Shown piece after piece: positions 1 to 11,567 of a stretch of 32,000 nucleotides of DNA. The notes under the pieces are model-generated. The model searched no databases. It was given only the letters and a program-made list of their open reading frames with translations, and had not been told where the DNA came from. The stretch is from Mycolicibacterium smegmatis (GTDB lineage Bacteria > Actinomycetota > Actinomycetes > Mycobacteriales > Mycobacteriaceae), in the NCBI RefSeq assembly GCF_001457595.1, contig NZ_LN831039.1, forward strand, positions 2,820,001 to 2,852,000, written 5' to 3'. The stretch's first letter is position 1. Each line of letters starts with the position of its first letter. A program made the translations under genes and the position numbers.

Positions 1-407
1 CGGATCGGCGACGGTGGTGCGCACCCGCCGGCGCTTGCACGCACCCCGCCAACCCATCTCCCGCATGACCCGTTCCACGACACAGCGCGATACGTCGATA
101 CCATTGGTGCGCAATACAATCCATGTCTTACGAGCGCCCAGGACTCGGTACAGACTCTGCGATTGGCGAAGCTGCCAGATCGCATCGATCACCTGCGCAT
201 CGGCCCAGTCGGCTTTCGAGGGGCCCTGACGGGCGCGGTGGGCGTAATACGTCGACGGGGCGATCGTGACGCCGTACTCGGAAAGCACAGCGCACATCGA
301 CTCGACACCCCACTTGAGACCATCAACGCCCACCCGCATGTGCTGGTGGGCGCTGATGAACTCCACGACTACTGAGAGGGCCGGTCGAGCTCGGCGGCGA
401 AGAAAAC
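1..407 (-). CDS. IS3-family transposase OrfB, N-terminal part, runs off window start; probably made by -1 frameshift from OrfA
   Basis: Minus-strand frame reads ...FISAHQHMRVGVDGLKWGVESMCAVLSEYGVTIAPSTYYAHRARQG..., typical of the N-terminus of IS3 OrfB; the frame stays open upstream into orfA at about 407. Confidence 0.8.
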
Positions 408-695
408 CGAGGCCGCCTTCAAGATCGCGTTGGCCCGCTTGAGTTCGGCATTCTCCCGGCGCAGCTTGCGCAGGACCTCGGATTCCTCGCTGGTCTGCCC
501 CGCCCGAGAGCCGGCGTCGATCTCAGCCTGGCGGACCCATTTGCGCACCGTTTCGGCAGTACCGACGCCCAGCAGGTCAGCAACCCGGCCCATCGCCTCC
601 CACTCCGAAACTGTCTCGCTGCGCAGATCGGCCACCATCTGCACCGCCCGCACCTTCAGCTCGTCTGGATACCGCCTCGATGACTTCGATCCCAC
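369..695 (-). CDS. IS3-family transposase OrfA (helix-turn-helix protein)
   Basis: [21 protein letters not shown]...[18 protein letters not shown]...[31 protein letters not shown]: HTH followed by leucine-zipper typical of IS3 OrfA. Confidence 0.9.
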   Translation of the reverse strand: MGSKSSRRYPDELKVRAVQMVADLRSETVSEWEAMGRVADLLGVGTAETVRKWVRQAEIDAGSRAGQTSEESEVLRKLRRENAELKRANAILKAASVFFAAELDRPSQ

Positions 696-746
696 GTGCC
701 CATCCTTCCCAACGGAAGAACTCTCCAGACACGCCGGGGCGGATCA

Positions 747-1963
747 CGAACGAGCAGCACCATCAAACTGGCGACAAGGTTGGTCACGGGACGACGCACG
801 ATGCGAATGCCGGATCTGCGCCAGAACCGCGCGGTGATCTCGCGTCGTGGTGAGACCCAGCCACGACGTCCGGCCAGCACGATGATGGCGGGCAGCAAGG
901 TCACCGCGGCCAGGAACGCCACCCCGATGGCGATCGCCAACGCGGGGCCGATGGTCGCGAACAACTCCAAGCTCGCGAACGTCATCCCGAGAAACGTGAC
1001 GCCCACCGTCGCTGCAGATGCCGCGATGACCTTGCCGATCGAACTCAACGCGCTCTTGACCGCTTGATCCGAATCCGCGCCGAGCCGAAGGAAATCGTGG
1101 TAGCGGCTGATGAGAAAGACGGCGTAATCGGTCCCCGCGCCGGCCATCAACCCGCTGAGCAGCGTGATGGTCTGATTGGACACACCCAGACCCAATTGGG
1201 CGGCGCCGGCAACAGCGGCCTGCGCGACCCCCAGGGAGACACCGATCATCAGCACCGGCAGCAGGATCGTCGCGGGTTTCCGGTAGACGATCACCAGGAT
1301 GGTGAGCAGCAGAGCGACGATCGCGATTTCGATCTTGATCTGATCCCGCAGACCGACCTCGATGGAATCGGCGAGGGTGGCTGCCGGTCCGGTCAGGTGC
1401 GCGGTCAGCGTCGATCCCGCGACCGCGTGATCGACGATGTCGGCCACCCGCGTGTAGGCGGCATAGGACTCGGGCGAACCCACGTCACCTGAGAGGCCGA
1501 TCGGCAGCAGCCACGCCTTGCGGTCCTGGCTGCTGAGAGTCTCGCGCAGCTGCGGTGTTCCGAGGAACTCCTGCAACCACAGGACGTCCCGGCCGTCCTG
1601 GCGGAGTCGTCCGACCACCGTGCGGTAGACCTGCTCGTCGTCCGGTCCGAGTCCGTGCTCGTCGGTGAGGAGAACCAGCAGCACGTTCTCGGACCCGGCT
1701 TCGTGAAAGGCCGCGGTCATCTGTTGCGTCGCAACCATCGACGGGGCGCTGGCCGGGATCGGCGCGACGGGATGTTTCTGGGTCGCCTCCGCCAGGGTGG
1801 GGAACATGGGTGGCAGCGCCACCGCGAGCGCGATCCAGCAGCCGATGACGAGCCACGGCCACCGAACGACGACATCCCCGAGCCATCCGAAGACACCACC
1901 GGTTCCGGAGGGTTTCGTCGTGTGCGTCCGGGGTGACCCTGATGCCTCTGTCGGCCGGCGCAT
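747..1963 (-). pseudogene. MMPL/RND-family transporter, 5' part only, truncated by the IS3-family element
   Basis: N-terminal TM region, [19 protein letters not shown] motif and [19 protein letters not shown]; the frame runs into IS sequence and stops at 656. The C-terminal half is absent from this side. Confidence 0.85.
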
Positions 1964-2394
1964 CGGTGGTCCAGACCGTGCTCAGGTCGCAGTGGGATGC
2001 GACAGTATCGGTACACCGCTGCCGATGACTCGAGGATCGGGGAAGAACCGGGAAAGCAACTCGATCATCGAGATCTCCTTGTCCACTTTTGATGAGACGA
2101 GAAGCTCGGATGAAACCGGTTGACGTGCTCGCGTGCGGTCAGCCTAACGCCGGGTGGCCTGCGGGATCGACGTATTCACACATTTGCCAGGGTGGCCGCG
2201 CGCACTGGCGATGCGCCGTGAGATCCATGCCGCGACCGCCTTGCCGAACATGCTGTGCAGGAACAGGATCGGAGGGCTGCCCGAGGTGCTCACGGGCTCA
2301 GTATGTGGGCCGTGGGGAAGGAAATCGGTTACCTGTGAGGTAATGCGCGCACCCGATCGCCGAACTTGTCGGTGGGGTAGGGAACGATGGCAGA

Positions 2395-3591
2395 GTGGCT
2401 ACCCTCACCGTGGCGCAGGCCCGCCGCATCGCTGTCGCAGCCCAGGGGTTTCACGAGCCCAGGCCCCGTGGGTCGGTCACCCGCGCTCACGTGCGCCGGC
2501 TGATCAACCGCATCCAGGTGCTGCAACTCGACTCGGTGTCCGTGGCGGTGCGGGCGCACTACGCACCGGTGTTCAGCCGGCTCGGGCCGTACGACCGTGA
2601 CGTGCTCGACCGTGCGGCCTGGTCGCACACTGCGCGGTCGCCGAGGCTGCTCGTCGAATACTGGGCGCACGAGGCCGCGCTCATGGCCGTCGAGGACTGG
2701 CCGCTGCTGCGCTGGCGGATGCGTGAGTACACCCACGGGCGGTGGGGCCGCGAGATCGTGAAGAAGAACCCCAGGCTCGCCGACGACATCGTCTCCGCGG
2801 TCGCCGAACTCGGGCCTGCCACGGCCGGGCAGATCGAGGCACATCTGGAGGCCGAACCCCGCGGCCGCAAAGGCCCGTGGTGGGATCGCAGCGACACCAA
2901 GTGGGTGGCCGAGGCACTGTTCGCGGCCGGGATCCTGACGACCGCGACGCGCGTGGGGTTCGCCCGCCATTACGACCTCGCCGAGAACGTGCTGCCGCCT
3001 GAGGTGCTCGCGCGCGAGGTCGGCGACGAGGAAGCCGTGCGCGAACTCGCCCTGCGCGCGGCCACCGCGCTGGGCGTCGGGACCGAGGCCGACATCCGCG
3101 ACTACTTCCGCATGAACGCCAAGCAGGTCAAGCCCGCGATCGCCAAACTCGTGGCCGACGGTGAACTCGAACCCGTCGACATCGACGGCACACCGGCGTA
3201 TCTGCGCACGGGACAGATCATTCCGCGCCGCGACCGCGGCACCGCGCTGCTGTGCCCGTTCGACCCGTTGATCTTCTTCCGGCCCCGCGTGCAGCGGCTG
3301 TTCGACTTCCATTACCGCATCGAGATCTACGTGCCTGCGCCACAACGCCAATTCGGCTACTACGTATGGCCTTTCCTGCTCGACGGCCGGCTCGTCGGCC
3401 GCGTCGACCTCAAACGCACCGACGCCGCGCTGCAGGTGCTCGGCGCGTTCAGCGAGGACGGTCAGGACCGCGCACACGTCGCGCAGGCCCTGGCGGGGGA
3501 GTTGCGGTCGATGGCAGGCTGGCTCGGTGTCCCCGCGGTCGAGGTGGGTGACCGCGGGGATCTGGCGCCGGTGTTGCGCAAGGTCGTCTGA
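2395..3591 (+). CDS. Winged-helix DNA-binding protein, YcaQ/AlkX-like (DUF1006 type)
   Basis: 398 aa; LTVAQARRIAVAAQGF...LINRIQVLQLDSVSVAVRAHYAPVFSRLGPYD...YWAHEAALMAVEDWP. Confidence 0.8.
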   Translation: MATLTVAQARRIAVAAQGFHEPRPRGSVTRAHVRRLINRIQVLQLDSVSVAVRAHYAPVFSRLGPYDRDVLDRAAWSHTARSPRLLVEYWAHEAALMAVEDWPLLRWRMREYTHGRWGREIVKKNPRLADDIVSAVAELGPATAGQIEAHLEAEPRGRKGPWWDRSDTKWVAEALFAAGILTTATRVGFARHYDLAENVLPPEVLAREVGDEEAVRELALRAATALGVGTEADIRDYFRMNAKQVKPAIAKLVADGELEPVDIDGTPAYLRTGQIIPRRDRGTALLCPFDPLIFFRPRVQRLFDFHYRIEIYVPAPQRQFGYYVWPFLLDGRLVGRVDLKRTDAALQVLGAFSEDGQDRAHVAQALAGELRSMAGWLGVPAVEVGDRGDLAPVLRKVV

Positions 3592-3635
3592 GGCCCCCGC
3601 GGTCAGCGCCGGCACCGCACCGAGATCTCGGGCGG

Positions 3636-5042
3636 CTACGCGGCCTCGGTGAGCGTCGGCACGCCTCGGCCGCGAACCTTGTTGACACCGAACACGATCG
3701 CGCCGATCACGAGCCACGAGATGCCGCCGATCTTGGCCAGCGAGTCGGCGTTGATCAGCACGTATCCGATGATCAGGAAACCGATGGTCGGCACCACACC
3801 GTGCAGCAGGTAGTTCGTGGACTTGTTGCGCACCAGGTAGAACCAGATCACCGAGGCGTGCAGCAGGCAGAAGCCGAACAGCGCACCGAAGTTCACCAGC
3901 GACGAGATCAGGCCGATCTGGCCGACGAAGAACAGCACCAGCACCAGGCTGAGTGCGCTCACCACGAGCAGCGCCGCGACGGGAACCTTGCGTGAGCTGA
4001 TCTTCGACAGGAAGGCAGGCAACTGGCGGTCGCGGCTCATCGAGAACAGCAGGCGGCTGGTGGCGGCCTGGGCGGCCATCGCGTTGGCGAAGCCGACGGC
4101 GAGCACGTTGACGACGAAGAACGCATTCATCCAGCCGGTGCTCGACGCGGCCTGCACGAGTGTGAAGAAGGCGTTGCCCGCCTCGTCGTCACTGAACGCC
4201 TCGCGCCCACCGGCGAGCAGGCTCGCCAGCCAGGTCTGGGTGATGAACAGGAACGCCACGATGAACAGCGAGACGATCATGGCCCGGCCCGCCGGGTTCT
4301 TCTTGCCGGTCGATTCCTCGGCGAGCGTCGAAATGCCGTCGAAGCCAAGGAAACTCAGCACCGCGATGGACAGCGCAGCGGCGAGCAGCGGCGCGGTGAC
4401 CAGTTCGGTGTTCCAGATCGGCAGCGTGCTCCACCTGACATCGGGCAGCGACTGGCCGTTGATCGCGCGCACCGCGATGATGATGAACAGCACGACGAAC
4501 ACCAGCTCGACCGCCAAAAACAGCCGGTTGACGATCTTGAGCGAGCTGACGCCGAGCAGGTTGATCACGGTGTTGACCGCGACGAACACCACGGCCCACA
4601 CCCAGCGCGGGGTGCCCGGGAAGAGGCCGACCATCGACTCGGCCGCGAACACGTACAGCAGCGTGGGGATCAACAGGTAATCCAGCAGCATCGCCCACCC
4701 GGCGAAGAACCCGAGACCTGGGTGGATGCCGCGGCCCACGTAGGCGAACACCGAACCTGCGAGGGGAAACGACTTCGCCATCTGTGCGTAGGCCAGTGCC
4801 GTGAACACCATCGCGATCAGGCCGATGAGGTAGACCAGCGGCACCATGCCCGACGCGCTGTTGTACACCGTGCCGAAGATCGTCCACGGTGCGATGGGCA
4901 CCATGAACACCAGGCCGTAGACGATGAGGTCCACCGTCGAGATCTGGCGGCTGAGTTCCTGTTTGTAACCGAAGGATTCGAGGGTCCGCTGACCCTCACC
5001 GGTGGTGACCGGGCCTGAAGCGGAGCCGGTTTCGATTGCCAT
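3636..5042 (-). CDS. APC-family amino acid permease
   Basis: Frame 3636..5225, with start placed at MAIETGSASG (5042). Multi-pass protein with VDLIVYGLVFMVPIAPWTIFGTVYN and FLGFDGISTLAEE. Confidence 0.88.
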   Translation of the reverse strand: MAIETGSASGPVTTGEGQRTLESFGYKQELSRQISTVDLIVYGLVFMVPIAPWTIFGTVYNSASGMVPLVYLIGLIAMVFTALAYAQMAKSFPLAGSVFAYVGRGIHPGLGFFAGWAMLLDYLLIPTLLYVFAAESMVGLFPGTPRWVWAVVFVAVNTVINLLGVSSLKIVNRLFLAVELVFVVLFIIIAVRAINGQSLPDVRWSTLPIWNTELVTAPLLAAALSIAVLSFLGFDGISTLAEESTGKKNPAGRAMIVSLFIVAFLFITQTWLASLLAGGREAFSDDEAGNAFFTLVQAASSTGWMNAFFVVNVLAVGFANAMAAQAATSRLLFSMSRDRQLPAFLSKISSRKVPVAALLVVSALSLVLVLFFVGQIGLISSLVNFGALFGFCLLHASVIWFYLVRNKSTNYLLHGVVPTIGFLIIGYVLINADSLAKIGGISWLVIGAIVFGVNKVRGRGVPTLTEAA

Positions 5043-5071
5043 GTTGGTCCTGTCGAGATGTTTGAACGGAA

Positions 5072-6001
5072 TCAGACCCGGGCGTCGGCGGCCAGATCGT
5101 GTTGATGGAGGAACTGCGCGACGACGGCGCGGAATTCCTCGGGCTTCTCCAGATGCGTGCAATGGCTGGTGCCGGGGAACACGTGGCTGCGCACGTCGGG
5201 GATGTGGTCGACGAACGGCTGCCACGTCTTGGGCGTCGCCTCGTCGTGTTCACCCGCGATCACGAGGACCGGCGCGGTGACGTTGGGCAGCCGGTCGATG
5301 ACGCTCCAGTCGCCGAGGGTGCCGACGACGTGAAACTCGTTGGGGCCGTTCATGGTGTGGTACACCGTCGGCTCGGCTTCCATCTGGGCGACGCTGTCGG
5401 CGAAGTCCTGTGGCGTCGGCACGACGCGGCACACGTGGCGTCGGTAGAACTCGGCCGCGGCCTGCAGATAGTCAGGGTGGGTGATGGTGCCTGCGGCCTC
5501 GTGGCGATCGAGCGCGGCACGCGTCTCGGCGGGTAACTGTGCCCGCAGGTCGCCGGCGGCCTCCGACCACAACCTCATCGACGCCGGCGAGTTGCAGATG
5601 GCGAGCGAGACGAGACCGGACGGTTGGCGCACCGCGATTTCGGCGCCCAGCATGCCGCCCCACGACTGCCCGAGCACGTGGTAGCGCTCGATGCCCAGCG
5701 CGGTGCGCACGGCGTGAAACTCGTCGACGAACAGTTGCGGTGTCCAGAAGTCCGCGGGTGCGTCGGGAAGGTGCGTGCTGTTCCCGCAGCCCACCTGGTC
5801 GTAGTGGATGACGGTGCGGCCGGTCTCGTCGGCGAGGGCGGCGATGTTGGCGACGTAGTTGTGGGCCATGCCGGGCCCGCCGTGCAGGACGATCAGGGGA
5901 AGCGCGTGGGGCTGGGCATTCTCCGGCGTCGTGACCTGGACCCAGGTCTCGTGATCGCCGAATGGCACGGTGCGGGACGAAACAGGCATGCGGGACAGCA
6001 T
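5072..6001 (-). CDS. Proline iminopeptidase-family alpha/beta hydrolase (possible L-amino acid amidase)
   Basis: HGGPGMAHNY oxyanion motif, HYDQVGCGNS, nucleophile GQSWGGMLG, C-terminal Asp and His region (GEHDEATP, SHCTHLE). Confidence 0.87.
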   Translation of the reverse strand: MLSRMPVSSRTVPFGDHETWVQVTTPENAQPHALPLIVLHGGPGMAHNYVANIAALADETGRTVIHYDQVGCGNSTHLPDAPADFWTPQLFVDEFHAVRTALGIERYHVLGQSWGGMLGAEIAVRQPSGLVSLAICNSPASMRLWSEAAGDLRAQLPAETRAALDRHEAAGTITHPDYLQAAAEFYRRHVCRVVPTPQDFADSVAQMEAEPTVYHTMNGPNEFHVVGTLGDWSVIDRLPNVTAPVLVIAGEHDEATPKTWQPFVDHIPDVRSHVFPGTSHCTHLEKPEEFRAVVAQFLHQHDLAADARV

Positions 6002-6007
6002 GAACTT

Positions 6008-6034
6008 TTAATGGTCTCGTGGCAAGACCATTAA
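6008..6034. promoter_or_regulatory. Candidate GntR/FCD-family operator: perfect inverted repeat TTAATGGTCT-CGTGGCA-AGACCATTAA
   Basis: 10-bp perfect arms with a 7-nt spacer, between the divergent hydrolase (start 6001) and GntR regulator (start 6063 or 6072). Confidence 0.7.
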
Positions 6035-6062
6035 TCAGCTTTTAACAGTAGGCGTCGATACT

Positions 6063-6860
6063 GTGAGAACCATGGGAGGCCACCAGACGCAGATCACACA
6101 GCTCGCCGGCGCGACGCCGGGATTGCTGGCCCGCGAACTGGAGACGCCTTCACGCGTCGACGAGATCACCGATCGCCTGGTCACGGCCATCGCGATCGGG
6201 GAGTACCTGCCCGGCGCGCGGTTGCCGTCCGAGCGTGAGCTCGCGTCCTCGCTGCGGGTGGGCCGCATGACCGTGCGTGCGGCGCTCGCGCGGCTGGTCG
6301 ACCTGGGGCTCGTGGAGACCAAGAGTGCGGGTCGCGGCGGCGGGACATACGTGCTGCAGCAGTGGCCGGAATCGTCCACCGAGGCGGTGGGCCGCACGCT
6401 GACCATGCGCGTCGACGAACTGCGCGACCGCTGCGACGCGATCTGCCGCATCCACGGCGCGGTGTGCCGCGCGGCCGCCGAAACGGCCTCCGAGCAGGAT
6501 GTCGGGCTGCTACGGGAGAGGCTGGAGGCGTACCGGGCGGCGCCGAGCGGCCTTCAGGCGCAGCAGGCCGACAGCGCGCTGCACCTGGCGATCATGGACG
6601 CGTCCGGCAACGCGGTGCTCAAACAGGTGCTGCTCGATCTGGAGGCCTCGGTGAGCATCGGAGCACCCGCACACCTGTGGGGCGAGCCCGGCACCATGCG
6701 CGATATGGAACTGCGCGCGCTGCGTGAGCACGAACAGCTCATCGACGCGATCGCCCGCGGCGACGGCGACGAGGCCGACGATCTGGCACGCGCGCACGTC
6801 GCGATCGACTTCGAGCTCATCTCCGCGGCCATGCGTCGCGCCGGTGTGCTCGCCGAATGA
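6063..6860 (+). CDS. GntR-family transcriptional regulator, FadR/FCD subfamily
   Basis: YLPGARLPSERELASSLRVGRMTVRAALARLVDLGLVETKSAGRGGGTYV wHTH, followed by an all-helical FCD-like C-terminus. Confidence 0.9.
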   Translation: MRTMGGHQTQITQLAGATPGLLARELETPSRVDEITDRLVTAIAIGEYLPGARLPSERELASSLRVGRMTVRAALARLVDLGLVETKSAGRGGGTYVLQQWPESSTEAVGRTLTMRVDELRDRCDAICRIHGAVCRAAAETASEQDVGLLRERLEAYRAAPSGLQAQQADSALHLAIMDASGNAVLKQVLLDLEASVSIGAPAHLWGEPGTMRDMELRALREHEQLIDAIARGDGDEADDLARAHVAIDFELISAAMRRAGVLAE

Positions 6861-6890
6861 GCCGTCGAAGCACCCCACTAAGGTGATCCC

Positions 6891-8571
<1,681 letters not shown>

Positions 8572-8578
8572 GGGATTC

Positions 8579-10255
8579 ATGAGCGCCGAACTCGCGCCGC
8601 CACCACCGCTCGCTCCGGGCGGACTGCGTGTCACCGCCCTGGGCGGTATCAGTGAGATCGGCCGCAACATGACGGTTTTCGAGCATCTCGGCCGGTTGCT
8701 CATCGTCGACTGCGGCGTGTTGTTCCCGGGACATGACGAGCCCGGCGTCGACCTGATCCTGCCCGATCTGCGTCACATCGAGGACCGGCTCGACGAGATC
8801 GAGGCGCTCGTGGTCACCCACGCGCACGAGGACCACATCGGCGCGATCCCGTTCCTGCTCAAGCTGCGGCCCGACATCCCGGTCGTCGGCTCGAAGTTCA
8901 CGATCGCCCTGGTGCGCGAGAAGTGCCGCGAACACCGCCTCAAACCGAAGTTCGTCGAGGTCGCCGAGCGGCAGAGCAGCCAACACGGCGTCTTCGAGTG
9001 CGAGTACTTCGCGGTGAACCACTCGATCCCCGGTTGCCTCGCGGTCGCGATCCACACCGGCGCGGGCACCGTGCTGCACACGGGCGACATCAAGCTCGAC
9101 CAGTTGCCGCTCGACGGGCGCCCCACCGACCTGCCGGGCATGTCGCGCCTCGGCGACGCCGGCGTCGACCTGTTCCTGTGCGATTCCACCAACTCCGAGC
9201 ACCCGGGTGTCAGCCCGTCGGAGAGCGAGGTGGGGCCGACGCTGCACCGGCTGATCCGCGGTGCCGAGGGCCGCGTGATCGTGGCGTGCTTCGCGTCGAA
9301 CGTCGACCGCGTGCAGCAGATCATCGACGCCGCGGTGGCCCTCGGCCGCCGCGTGTCGTTCGTCGGGCGGTCGATGGTGCGCAACATGGGGATCGCGCGT
9401 GAGCTGGGCTACCTGAAGGTCGACGACTCCGACATCCTCGACATCGCCGCGGCCGAGATGATGCCCCCGGACCGGGTTGTGTTGATCACCACGGGAACCC
9501 AGGGCGAGCCCATGGCCGCGTTGTCGCGCATGTCGCGCGGCGAGCACCGCAGCATCACGCTGACCTCCGGTGACCTGATCATCCTGTCCTCGTCGCTGAT
9601 CCCGGGCAACGAGGAAGCGGTGTACGGCGTGATCGACTCGCTTTCCAAGATCGGCGCGCGAGTGGTCACCAATGCCCAAGCGCGCGTGCATGTTTCGGGT
9701 CACGCCTACGCCGGCGAGCTGTTGTTCCTCTACAACGGCGTGCGTCCGCGCAACGTCATGCCCGTGCACGGCACATGGCGGCACCTGCGGGCCAACGCCG
9801 CACTGGCCGCCAGTACCGGCGTGCCGCCCGAGAACATCGTGCTGGCCGAGAACGGCGTGAGCGTCGACCTCGTCGCGGGCAGGGCGTCGATCTCCGGAGC
9901 GGTGACGGTCGGCAAGATGTTCGTCGACGGGCTCATCACGGGCGACGTCGGCGACGCGACACTGGGCGAACGTCTCATCCTCTCATCGGGTTTCGTGTCC
10001 ATCACGGTCGTCGTGCACCGCGGCACGGGCCGCCCGGCCGGCCCGGCGCACCTGATCTCGCGCGGATTCTCCGAGGATCCCAAGGCGCTGGAACCGGTGG
10101 CGCAGAAGGTTGAGCGCGAACTCGAGGCTCTGGCCGCCGACAACGTGACCGATCCGACGCGCATCGCGCAGGCGGTCCGCCGCACGGTCGGCAAGTGGGT
10201 GGGCGAGACCTACCGCAGGCAGCCGATGATCGTCCCGACCGTCATAGAGATCTGA
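8579..10255 (+). CDS. rnj: Ribonuclease J, metallo-beta-lactamase fold
   Basis: THAHEDHIGAIPF motif, LRVTALGGISEIGRNMTVFE, ITTGTQGEPMAALSRM; start at MSAELAPPPPLAP. Confidence 0.95.
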   Translation: MSAELAPPPPLAPGGLRVTALGGISEIGRNMTVFEHLGRLLIVDCGVLFPGHDEPGVDLILPDLRHIEDRLDEIEALVVTHAHEDHIGAIPFLLKLRPDIPVVGSKFTIALVREKCREHRLKPKFVEVAERQSSQHGVFECEYFAVNHSIPGCLAVAIHTGAGTVLHTGDIKLDQLPLDGRPTDLPGMSRLGDAGVDLFLCDSTNSEHPGVSPSESEVGPTLHRLIRGAEGRVIVACFASNVDRVQQIIDAAVALGRRVSFVGRSMVRNMGIARELGYLKVDDSDILDIAAAEMMPPDRVVLITTGTQGEPMAALSRMSRGEHRSITLTSGDLIILSSSLIPGNEEAVYGVIDSLSKIGARVVTNAQARVHVSGHAYAGELLFLYNGVRPRNVMPVHGTWRHLRANAALAASTGVPPENIVLAENGVSVDLVAGRASISGAVTVGKMFVDGLITGDVGDATLGERLILSSGFVSITVVVHRGTGRPAGPAHLISRGFSEDPKALEPVAQKVERELEALAADNVTDPTRIAQAVRRTVGKWVGETYRRQPMIVPTVIEI

Positions 10256-10266
10256 GCGATCTGAGC

Positions 10267-10704
10267 TCAACCCGCCAGCAGCAGGATCCCGCCGGTGAAC
10301 AGGCCCGCGAGCTTGAGCACCTCCAACGCGACATACGCGTAGTGCGCCTGCGACCGCGGCAGGTTCTCGGCGTCGGGCCCCGCGGCGAGCACGGCGTCGG
10401 AGCGGCGCGTGAGCCGGGGGCGCACAGCGATCACTTGCGCCGCGAGCGCCACCACGGCGACCGCGACCGCCACGAGCACCGCGGTCTGCGGCGGATCGCT
10501 CAGCAGCACGACGAGGACCACGGCGGCGAAGACCACCTCGACCGTGTTGAGCGCGCGGAACACGAGTCGCCCGATACCCAGACCGATCGGCAGCGTGACG
10601 TTCGGCGCGCGGAACTTCAGTGGGGCTTCGAGGAACGAGATCGCCAGCACCATGCCGATCCAGCAGAAGATGACGGCGACCCCGATCGCAGACGCGATGC
10701 TCAT
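10267..10704 (-). CDS. Four-helix integral membrane protein, function unknown
   Basis: 145 aa with hydrophobic segments and ...FLEAPLKFRAPNVTLPIGLGIGRLVFRALNTVE...; no shadow-ORF features. Confidence 0.75.
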   Translation of the reverse strand: MSIASAIGVAVIFCWIGMVLAISFLEAPLKFRAPNVTLPIGLGIGRLVFRALNTVEVVFAAVVLVVLLSDPPQTAVLVAVAVAVVALAAQVIAVRPRLTRRSDAVLAAGPDAENLPRSQAHYAYVALEVLKLAGLFTGGILLLAG

Positions 10705-10717
10705 GCGGCCTCCTGGT

Positions 10718-11545
10718 TCACCGCTTGTTGACGATGCCCGCGTCCACCGGCAGCGTCACACCGGTGACGTAGCGAGCCTGGTCCGACACCAGCCACGCCA
10801 CCGCGTTGGCCACGTCGTCGGCGTCGATCGCCTGCACCGGCAGCGCGTTGCCCATGTCGACGGGGCGCCCGGTCTCCTCGGTGATGTGTGCGAGCCATCC
10901 GCGGGTGAACTCGTTGTCGATCATCGGGGTGTCCACGCCGGTGGGGTGGACCGAGTTCACCCGGATGCTGTGCGGGGCGAGGTGGTTGGCGTATGCGCGC
11001 ATGAGGCCGACTATGCCGTGCTTGGCGGCGGTGTAGCCGAGGGATCCGCGGTCGCCGCCACCGATGCCGACGAGCCCGGCCACCGAACTGATCAGGACGA
11101 TCGCGCCGCCGTCGCCCTGCTCGACCAGGGTCGGGATGGCGACCTCCACGGTGTGGTGCACACCGGTGAGGTTGACGTCGATGACGTCGCGCCAGCCTTC
11201 CGGCCCGGACAGCATCGGGGCGATGCCCGCGTTGGCGACGACGATGTCGAGCCTGCCGAACTCGTCGAGGCCGGCCGCAAGTGCCGCGGCGAGTTCGGGT
11301 TCGTCGCGCACGTCGGCCTGCCGGGTGACGACGCGTCCGCCGGCCTTTTCGACGAGTTCGGCCGTGGTGGCCAGGTCGTCGGGTGTGGCCAGCGGATAGG
11401 GGACCGACGCGATCTGGGCGCACAGGTCGACCGCGATGATGTCGGCGCCGTCAGCGGCGAGGCGGACCGCTTCGGCACGGCCTTGGCCGCGTGCGGCGCC
11501 CGTGATGAAGGCGACCTTGCCGGACAGTGGGGCGGTATCGCTCAT
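10718..11545 (-). CDS. Mycofactocin-coupled SDR family oxidoreductase
   Basis: [32 protein letters not shown] and the insertion typical of the mycofactocin-coupled SDR subfamily; [13 protein letters not shown] active site. Confidence 0.88.
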   Translation of the reverse strand: MSDTAPLSGKVAFITGAARGQGRAEAVRLAADGADIIAVDLCAQIASVPYPLATPDDLATTAELVEKAGGRVVTRQADVRDEPELAAALAAGLDEFGRLDIVVANAGIAPMLSGPEGWRDVIDVNLTGVHHTVEVAIPTLVEQGDGGAIVLISSVAGLVGIGGGDRGSLGYTAAKHGIVGLMRAYANHLAPHSIRVNSVHPTGVDTPMIDNEFTRGWLAHITEETGRPVDMGNALPVQAIDADDVANAVAWLVSDQARYVTGVTLPVDAGIVNKR

Positions 11546-11567
11546 ATGTGGGTCCTGACGGAAGTGG

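Larger units (their letters stand above)
1..746 (-). mobile_element. IS3-family insertion sequence, partial: orfA, start of orfB and one terminus
   Basis: OrfA (369..695) and an overlapping -1 frame OrfB with typical IS3 sequence; an outer end reading TGATCCGCCCCGGCGTGTCTGGAGAG on the minus strand ends at about 746, where the MMPL coding sequence resumes. The other end lies outside the window. Confidence 0.85.

Noticed and set aside
2089-2343. 84-aa plus-strand ORF between the MMPL remnant and the YcaQ-like gene
   Set aside because: Cys/Arg/Pro-rich with no family similarity and its end overlaps the palindrome at 2329-2343; probably noncoding.
2329-3717. 462-aa minus-strand ORF opposite the YcaQ-like gene
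   Set aside because: Antisense frame of a well-supported protein; low-complexity composition without motifs.
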